This document shows positions 57,545 to 64,000 of a stretch of DNA of 64,000 nucleotides, piece by piece. The position numbers and the translations under genes were made by a program. This DNA is from an uncultured Sulfurovum sp. (lineage in GTDB: Bacteria > Campylobacterota > Campylobacteria > Campylobacterales > Sulfurovaceae). The notes beneath the pieces were generated by a model. It did not search any database. It saw nothing but the letters and a program-made list of their open reading frames with translations, and had not been told where the DNA came from. The stretch lies in assembly GCA_964527805.1 (NCBI GenBank), contig CAZGNT010000006.1, forward strand, positions 1,540 through 65,539. The letters run 5' to 3'. Within the stretch, counting starts at the first letter, position 1. The number at the start of each line of letters is the position of its first letter.

Positions 57545-58681
57545 TCAATGAGTGGGTATTGAAATTTTATTGTTGTCAAAAATACCATTTTCAAATCCTT
57601 CATGGCATGCCCAGCAATGTGCCCTATCTTTTACTTCCTTGCTTTTAAATACGGCCGGGTCTATGTTTTCGTGTACTTTTCTCCAATAATATGTCTTTGT
57701 TATGCTTTTTGGGGCTTCATTTTTGTCGAGTGAATTAATAAGTTTAAATGCAATTTTATTGGAAGATTGTTCTGCACAATTATTAGTTAACAAATTTAAA
57801 ATTGATACTCTTGCCTCTTTACTTATGTTAGCTTCTGTTATCTTTTCACCAAAATGATTGTCCAAATTATCCATGATTCTTTCCCAAGAACGTTTTGGCA
57901 GCATAAAAGGCGGATAGGTCTTATGGCAATTTCCGCAATCAGTATAATAAGTCTTATGCTCTTGTTCAAAATCAATAGGAGTAAAGATGGATCTAGTAAC
58001 TATATTGTCATAAGTAACAACGATATAAATGAAAATAGAAAATGTTACCAATATAAAAATATAACTGACCATATTGCTAAATTTTGAAATATTAGAATCT
58101 TTGCCTTCGGCTTTTTTGTATCCCGTGATCATAGCAAATACCATGTTTGTCTTGTGGTAGAATTGCTCTATTAGAACACCAATGATATGAATACATGCCC
58201 AGACAGCAAGAAAATATGAAAGATAGAGATGCATATCAAATAACGCTATCATATGTGAATAGTGTTCTTTGTTCAAAAATGCAAATAGACCGCTGCCTTC
58301 TTGTACGCCATATAAAAGCAATCCACTAATTACTATTAATGTACCAAAAAACAAAACTAAAATAGTATACCAGCTAGAAGCAGGATTATGTCCTGCTGGG
58401 ATTTTTCTCCAACGATTAATAATTTTTTCTTTAAAATACCACTGCAAATCTTTTAGATCGAGTTTAAATGTATCAAATGTTGCATATCTTGGGCCCACAA
58501 ATCCCCATATGATACGATAAATGAGCATTACACCAAAAATCCAACCAAATGCTACATGATAATGCAGATTCGATTTGTTGAGTGAACTAACAAAAGAGGC
58601 CATAAATGAGAGTGCGATGATCCAATGGATAATCCTTGTACAGATCGGCCATACAAAAACTTTTCCTTTCTTGCGATTCAT
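57545..58681 (-). CDS. fusion protein: cytochrome b561/Ni-hydrogenase-type cytochrome b domain + dihaem cytochrome c (DHC) domain
   Basis: 378 aa; N-terminal 'RIIHWIIALSF...HVAFGW...YRIIWGF' with 4-5 TM helices. C-terminal domain has two CxxCH motifs ('CGNCH', 'CWACH') and 'SWERIMDNLDNHFGE', typical of DHC. Confidence 0.78.
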   Translation of the reverse strand: MNRKKGKVFVWPICTRIIHWIIALSFMASFVSSLNKSNLHYHVAFGWIFGVMLIYRIIWGFVGPRYATFDTFKLDLKDLQWYFKEKIINRWRKIPAGHNPASSWYTILVLFFGTLIVISGLLLYGVQEGSGLFAFLNKEHYSHMIALFDMHLYLSYFLAVWACIHIIGVLIEQFYHKTNMVFAMITGYKKAEGKDSNISKFSNMVSYIFILVTFSIFIYIVVTYDNIVTRSIFTPIDFEQEHKTYYTDCGNCHKTYPPFMLPKRSWERIMDNLDNHFGEKITEANISKEARVSILNLLTNNCAEQSSNKIAFKLINSLDKNEAPKSITKTYYWRKVHENIDPAVFKSKEVKDRAHCWACHEGFENGIFDNNKISIPTH

Positions 58682-58849
58682 ACATTCTCTTTATAATATA
58701 TAGTTATCATTAAGATAATTTTAACAGATTAATTTAAAAAAATAGTTTATAATTGTTAAAATAATGTTAAAAAGAAAAAATATGATCGTTCAATACAATA
58801 TAAAAAAAGAAGAATAATTTTTAAAATGTAGATAAATTAGAAATAGTTT

Positions 58850-58875
58850 TACCGCCACTTAAAATAGCGGCAGTA
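58850..58875 (-). terminator. candidate terminator of sqr-cytochrome c operon
   Basis: Minus-strand RNA TACTGCCGC-TATTTTAA-GTGGCGGTA forms a 9-bp stem (2 G-U pairs; strand-specific), 12 nt after the cytochrome c stop. Confidence 0.45.
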
Positions 58876-58886
58876 AAATAGAAGTA

Positions 58887-59267
58887 TTATTTTTTATTGA
58901 AATTATCATGAATATACTGTGCCATTGCATCAGTATCATAATCCATTCCCTTTTCAATGATTTTTTTCATGTTATGTTCCATAACTTCATGCTCTGTCCC
59001 GCTGGAATGTCCGCCTGAGCCACCCATTTTGATATCAGTAATACCAAGTCTAAGCTCTTGAATGGTTTGGTCATTAAGCGCTGGGCCTTTTTTCTCTGTG
59101 TTTCCTTCAGCATTTTTACCATGACATTTTGCACACATTTGCTCATAAACTTCTGCTGTACTTAATTTATACGTTATTTTCGACTCTTGCATTTCTTCTT
59201 TTTTGTCACATCCGGTCATGATAAAAAGAAGAGATGCCCCTAAAAGTAGTGATAGTGATTTTTTCAT
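58887..59267 (-). CDS. monohaem c-type cytochrome lipoprotein
   Basis: 126 aa; lipobox 'IMTGC', haem motif 'CAKCHG', distal 'MGG'/'EHEVMEH' region; AAGGAG RBS; 22 nt downstream of sqr. Confidence 0.8.
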   Translation of the reverse strand: MKKSLSLLLGASLLFIMTGCDKKEEMQESKITYKLSTAEVYEQMCAKCHGKNAEGNTEKKGPALNDQTIQELRLGITDIKMGGSGGHSSGTEHEVMEHNMKKIIEKGMDYDTDAMAQYIHDNFNKK

Positions 59268-59289
59268 TCCATGTCTCCTTATTTAATTC

Positions 59290-60756
59290 TTATGCTCTAC
59301 CAGAAAGCATACCGTATTGTGTCATTGGTTTAAGCGCATAAACTTTGAGTAGCCACCAAATCCATCTCTCTTGAGCCGGGTCAAGCGGGAAAGAAGGGGT
59401 TGGTTTAGCCGTCCAGTTAAACTCAGCAAGCATAACGGTACCTAAACTTGTAATCAAAGGACAAACAGTATAACCGTCATATTTTGCAGGCAACTCTTTT
59501 TTGCCTTCCATAACAGCTACAAGATTTTCTACCAATACTTTGTATTGTTTTCTGGCACTTCCACCTGTTTTACCCATTGGTACTGCTGCTATATCGCCTA
59601 TTGCAAAAATATTTGGATATTTTGCATGCTGCAAAGTTTCCTGCGTTACAGGTACCCAGCCTTTATCTGAACCGATTGGAGAATTTGCGATCTCTTCAGG
59701 CGCTTTTTGAGGCGGTGTGATGTGCATAAAATCATAAGGAACTTCTACTTTTTCTGATGCAGGAACCATTTCATACTCTTCTAATATATCATCCCATGCA
59801 CCTTTTTCAAGCCAGTGTTTTTTAAATGTTGCTATTTTAGCAACAGGGTCTACGGCTATCAAATTATGATTGAAATTATATTTCATATCTCTAGTTGCAA
59901 ATTGTTTTACCATTGCATCATTATATTCAGGCACACCGAATAATTTTCCGCCATTTGGATATAAAGTCAATTCTGCATTTTCTCTAGCGCCTGCTTCTCT
60001 AAGTCTGGCATCTGTTAGATACATGATCTTTTTAGGAGCACCGCCGCATTTGATCGGAGTATCCGGATCTGTAAAGATACCTTTTACTTTTTTACCGCTT
60101 TTGGCATCAGCTACAAACTTTTGCATCTGTGTCCAAGTATCAGTCGCACCATCCGCAAAATAGATAGAACAGATACCGTTTTGTCCTATTACTTTTCTAA
60201 CTGCACTGCTATCACCTCTAGAAGTAATGGTCTCTGTAATTCCTAGACCTTCAAGTCTTGCAAAATCAAGCTTTAGTCCAGCGGCAACTATCATATAATC
60301 ATAAGATATTGTTTGGCCCTTATCAGTTTTTACCGTATTTTTTTCAGGATCAAATTCAACTGCTTTTTCTTGGATCCATTTTACGCCGGCGGGCATAAAA
60401 TCAGCCGTCATATATTCTGTATCTGCATTTGTCCAAACACCGCCGCCTACAAGCGTTTGACCCGGTTGATATGAAACTGATTTCGGATTTGGCTCAAGTA
60501 TGGTAATATCAGGATTTTCAAGAGTTCGCATAAGCAAAGCCGCTGTTGCTACGCCGGACAACCCTCCGCCAACTATTAATATCTTGCCTTTAGCATTTGA
60601 ACTTGAAGCTTTCGCTTCTGTGGCAACACCGCTCCCCATCATCATGGCTGCACCACCAAGCCCCATCATTTTCATCGCATCGCGACGAGAAATACCTTCT
60701 TGCTTCAAATAAGCGTCTATTTGTTCTAAATTTTCTTTAAATAGCTTTTTATCCAA
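59290..60756 (-). CDS. sqr: type II (SQOR-like) sulfide:quinone oxidoreductase family flavoprotein with Tat signal peptide
   Basis: 488 aa; TTG start with AAGGAG RBS; 'SRRDAMKMMGLGGAAMMMGSGVATEAKA' twin-arginine signal; FAD 'VGGGLSG'. 'PIKCGGAPKKIMYL', 'HITPPQ', 'YDGYTVCPLIT' closely parallel human/bacterial type II SQR motifs (PVKCAGAPQKIMYL, HVTPPM, YDGYTSCPLVT). Confidence 0.82.
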   Translation of the reverse strand: MDKKLFKENLEQIDAYLKQEGISRRDAMKMMGLGGAAMMMGSGVATEAKASSSNAKGKILIVGGGLSGVATAALLMRTLENPDITILEPNPKSVSYQPGQTLVGGGVWTNADTEYMTADFMPAGVKWIQEKAVEFDPEKNTVKTDKGQTISYDYMIVAAGLKLDFARLEGLGITETITSRGDSSAVRKVIGQNGICSIYFADGATDTWTQMQKFVADAKSGKKVKGIFTDPDTPIKCGGAPKKIMYLTDARLREAGARENAELTLYPNGGKLFGVPEYNDAMVKQFATRDMKYNFNHNLIAVDPVAKIATFKKHWLEKGAWDDILEEYEMVPASEKVEVPYDFMHITPPQKAPEEIANSPIGSDKGWVPVTQETLQHAKYPNIFAIGDIAAVPMGKTGGSARKQYKVLVENLVAVMEGKKELPAKYDGYTVCPLITSLGTVMLAEFNWTAKPTPSFPLDPAQERWIWWLLKVYALKPMTQYGMLSGRA

Positions 60757-60790
60757 AACGAACTCCTTTATACTCTAAACTTTAAAAATA

Positions 60791-60798
60791 ATTATACA
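60791..60798 (-). promoter_or_regulatory. extended -10 promoter element (TGTATAAT) upstream of sqr
   Basis: The minus-strand sequence acTGTATAATta lies about 35 nt upstream of the sqr TTG start; same octamer as upstream of the psrA-like gene. Confidence 0.4.
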
Positions 60799-60868
60799 GT
60801 ATAATCAATAAATATATCTTAAATATAAGTAAAATAAAACGATTTTTTTAATTATAAATTATGATTAT

Positions 60869-62458
60869 CTATTTAATCAATAATTGTAATAATTCTACAT
60901 TTTTGAAAATTGACTTTCTTATCATGTATAATACTTTATCATATTTTTTTTCTTCTAATGGATTTATAGGATTAAAATGTATACCTTCTATTGTTTTACC
61001 GTTTTGATATATTTGATATCTTCTATGTTCACTATTTTTACCCATAGAAACAGCGCTTTTTATGTTGATATTGGAAGATGCAAACACCAAATGGGGATTT
61101 GCTTCGCCGTAAGGCTCAAAATTATCTAAAAGTGCAAAAAGCTTATCGTCAATTAATTCCAGTTCTATTTCACCTAAAACACTGTTCGTATCATCTGCAC
61201 AAATCTCATAATGATTTGGTAATATATCTATGAATTCCTGTAATTTATCTTCTTTTATAGAAATACCTATCGCCATCGGATGTCCGCCAAACTTTTCTAT
61301 TATATCTCTATGTGGATCAATTGATGCAAACAAGTCAAAGCCTTTTATGCTTCTTCCGCTACCCTTAAGAAGTCCCTCTTTGCTTTTGCTAAGAACAATA
61401 GCCGGTTTTTTAAAATATCTCACCATACGCGAGGCTACGATCCCCAAAACTCCCTCATGCCAATCATCTCCTCTAATAATTAGGATCAAACCATCAGGAT
61501 TAAGTATTTGATTTTTAGCTTGATTTGAAATCACTTCTTCTATAGTTTTACGTTTTTCATTTGTATCCACTAAATATGCCAACTTTTCATATGCATCAGA
61601 TATATCAATACTTTTCAAAAAATGGACAGCTTGGGATGCATCGCTCATTCGTCCTGCACTATTTAAAAGCGGTGCTATCCAAAAGGAAATATCATCACTT
61701 TTAAATTTTGATGATCTAAGATGATTTTTAAGAACAGCTACAAAAGATTTTTGAGAATTATTAAGTTCTTTAAATCCTGCGATTACAATGGCTCTGTTTA
61801 TATGAAGCAGCGGCATTACATCAGCAATTGTAGCTATTGCCACAAAAGCCAAATATGATTTTAAATTTATTTTTAATTTTAAATATTCTTTCAATCCTGC
61901 GATCAAATACCACGCTACCATGGCACCGCAAATATCCGGATATACAAATGTACAATCATCTTGTTTTGGATTAATAATAGCGTATGCATTTGGTAAATTT
62001 TTTGGAGGAGTATGGTGGTCGGTAATAATAAGGGTCTTGTTATTTTCCAAACACCAAGAAGCCACATCGGTAGCTGTGATTCCGTTATCAACCGTTATAA
62101 TCAAGTCAAACTCTTGAATATATGATAGTATTTTTGTTGAGAGCCCATATCCATGTTCAAACCTATTTGGTATAAACCATTTGACATCTTTTTTTATAGA
62201 TTCAAAAAAGTCTGAGAGAATAGTAGTAGATATAACTCCGTCTACGTCATAATCACCTACAATTATAATTTTTTCTTTATTGTTAATTGCAGTTACAATG
62301 CGCTTACATGCTTTATCCATATCTTTAAAAGTAGATGGATGAGGCAAATCAGATAGATTTAATAATCCTCCACTTTCTTCAAATCTTTTTTTTAAATAAT
62401 TTTCTATCTCTTCTAAAGTAAGTTTTGGTAATTGTTGCAATGAAATTAAACCTTTCAT
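60869..62458 (-). CDS. recJ: single-stranded-DNA-specific exonuclease RecJ
   Basis: 529 aa; DHH motifs 'IVGDYDVDG', 'TVDNG', 'ITDHHTP', DHHA1 'GGHPMAIG'. Confidence 0.9.
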   Translation of the reverse strand: MKGLISLQQLPKLTLEEIENYLKKRFEESGGLLNLSDLPHPSTFKDMDKACKRIVTAINNKEKIIIVGDYDVDGVISTTILSDFFESIKKDVKWFIPNRFEHGYGLSTKILSYIQEFDLIITVDNGITATDVASWCLENNKTLIITDHHTPPKNLPNAYAIINPKQDDCTFVYPDICGAMVAWYLIAGLKEYLKLKINLKSYLAFVAIATIADVMPLLHINRAIVIAGFKELNNSQKSFVAVLKNHLRSSKFKSDDISFWIAPLLNSAGRMSDASQAVHFLKSIDISDAYEKLAYLVDTNEKRKTIEEVISNQAKNQILNPDGLILIIRGDDWHEGVLGIVASRMVRYFKKPAIVLSKSKEGLLKGSGRSIKGFDLFASIDPHRDIIEKFGGHPMAIGISIKEDKLQEFIDILPNHYEICADDTNSVLGEIELELIDDKLFALLDNFEPYGEANPHLVFASSNINIKSAVSMGKNSEHRRYQIYQNGKTIEGIHFNPINPLEEKKYDKVLYMIRKSIFKNVELLQLLIK

Positions 62459-62498
62459 TCCAATTCAAACTTGGAATGAATAAAATATTTAAATTTTT

Positions 62499-64000
62499 TT
62501 ATTTATCTTTATGTTCCATACTAGCTTTTACAAATGCTAGTATGGATTGGTTTGGATGCTGTAATCTTGATGTAAATTCCGGATGGAATTGAACACCCAA
62601 AAACCAAGGATGGTCTTTAACTTCAACAGCCTCAATAAGGCCATTTGATTCACCGGTAATTATCATACCGTTCTTTTCAAGCATTTCTCTATATTTTGGA
62701 TTTGCTTCATATCTATGACGATGTCTTTCATAAATTGTAGCTTCATTGTAAGCTTTGCGTAGATTTGAGCCTTCTAATGTTTGACATTCATATTCACCAA
62801 GTCTTAAAGTTCCGCCTAATGGAGATTTTGTAGTTCTTATCTGCTTTTTACCGCTCGAATCTATGAACTCATCTATGAGATATATCATTGGATTTGGAGT
62901 TTGCTCATCAAATTCTACAGAATTGGCATCTTTGATTCCAAGTACATTTCTTCCAAATTCAATAATAGCAAGCTGCATACCAAGACAAATTCCTAAAAAT
63001 GGAATTTTATTTTCTCTGGCATATTTGATAGCAGCAATTTTACCTTCAACTCCTCTTTCGCCAAATCCGCCGGCTACTAAAATACCATCACAATCTTGTA
63101 AAAATTTTTCGCTTCCTTCTTCTTCGATTTTTTCACTATCAACCCATTTGATAATTACCCTGCTATCAAGATTAGCTCCAGCATGTATAAGTGCTTCAGT
63201 GAGTGATTTATACGACTCTTTGAGATCTAAATATTTACCTACAAATGCTATTTTTACTTCAGTAGAAGGCATAATAATTCTATTAACCAAATTAATCCAT
63301 TGATCCATATTCGGTTTTAACTCTCCTAATTCGAGTTGTTTTGATATAGGTTTTAATATTTCTTGAGCCATAAAATTTAATGGTACTTTATAAATTGTAG
63401 CGGCATCAATTGCATCAATTACACTATCCTCATCAACATCACAACTATATGCTATTTTTCTTTTAAGATCATTTGGTACAGGTTGTTCTGCACGTAAAAT
63501 CAACATCTGAGGAGCAATACCTATACGTCTAAGTTCTTGAACGGAGTGTTGAGTCGGTTTTGTTTTAAGCTCTCCTGCTGCTTTTATATAGGGCAACAAA
63601 GTTACATGAATATTCATAACTCTGCTTTTTCCAAGTTCGTGTTTAATTTGACGGATAGTCTCCAAAAACGGAAGGCCTTCTATATCTCCAGTGGTACCAC
63701 CGAGTTCAACGATTAAAATATCTTTACCTTGTCCGGCTAAAAATATTCTTTCTTTTATCTCATTGACAATATGCGGAACTACTTGGATGGTTTTACCTAG
63801 ATATTTTCCTTTTCTTTCATTTTCAATAACAGTTTTATACACTTGGCCTGTAGTAAAATTATTATTTTGAGTCAAAGATGTATCTATAAATCTCTCATAG
63901 TGTCCTAAATCCAAATCAGTTTCAGCACCATCTTTTGTAACAAAGACTTCACCGTGTTCAAGCGGACTCATGGTTCCAGGATCAACATTGATATATGGAT
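62499..64000 (-). CDS. pyrG: CTP synthase (N-terminus truncated by window edge)
   Basis: The frame stays open to position 64000 ('[21 protein letters not shown]'); '[11 protein letters not shown]', GATase 'GICLGMQ', 'HRHRYE'. Confidence 0.93.
   Translation of the reverse strand, partial: PYINVDPGTMSPLEHGEVFVTKDGAETDLDLGHYERFIDTSLTQNNNFTTGQVYKTVIENERKGKYLGKTIQVVPHIVNEIKERIFLAGQGKDILIVELGGTTGDIEGLPFLETIRQIKHELGKSRVMNIHVTLLPYIKAAGELKTKPTQHSVQELRRIGIAPQMLILRAEQPVPNDLKRKIAYSCDVDEDSVIDAIDAATIYKVPLNFMAQEILKPISKQLELGELKPNMDQWINLVNRIIMPSTEVKIAFVGKYLDLKESYKSLTEALIHAGANLDSRVIIKWVDSEKIEEEGSEKFLQDCDGILVAGGFGERGVEGKIAAIKYARENKIPFLGICLGMQLAIIEFGRNVLGIKDANSVEFDEQTPNPMIYLIDEFIDSSGKKQIRTTKSPLGGTLRLGEYECQTLEGSNLRKAYNEATIYERHRHRYEANPKYREMLEKNGMIITGESNGLIEAVEVKDHPWFLGVQFHPEFTSRLQHPNQSILAFVKASMEHKDK

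Overview
This is a chromosomal window from an AT-rich member of the Campylobacterota. The taxonomic call is an inference from NifS/NifU-type Fe-S assembly, Campylobacter-like Frr/ClpP/Tig/Def, the PsrABC-like and SQR genes, and AGGAG-type RBSs. I could not run any database search.

I support about 60 protein-coding genes. I found no rRNA, tRNA, CRISPR array, integrase or transposase. All product calls rest on motifs read by eye.

Layout:
- 1-25978: housekeeping genes (rarA, cls, frr, pyrE, mobA, ppsA, comM, def-clpP-tig, hemH). This block also holds an orphan 767-aa HerA/FtsK-like ATPase, a LysR-YeiH pair and a Cys-rich permease.
- 26183-49027: a co-directional array of 22 genes, described below. 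folE and an M15 peptidase follow it on the same strand.
- 50536-52700: nifS-nifU.
- 53080-60756 (minus strand): a respiratory sulfur cluster. It contains psrABC-like molybdoenzyme genes, a cytochrome b-dihaem cytochrome c fusion, a lipoprotein cytochrome c and a Tat-signal type II SQR.
- 60869-64000: recJ and pyrG. pyrG is cut by the window edge.

The 22-gene array starts with modA, an OprD-like porin, a TOBE protein and modBC. It runs without a break into tauE, tonB, three TonB-dependent receptors, three FecB-type binding proteins and one FecCD/ATPase pair. It also carries a group II truncated haemoglobin, two SAM methyltransferases, an LLM flavin oxidoreductase, a TupA-like binding protein, a degenerate methyltransferase paralogue and modD.

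The most interesting signal is in the three sizeable intergenic gaps heading this array's apparent transcription units. Each gap carries a 24-bp palindrome with identical geometry, CGnTATATA-N6-TATATAnCG, which resembles a ModE/Mo-box operator. This suggests a molybdenum- or tungsten-responsive, TonB-dependent chelate uptake and processing system that I do not recognise as described.
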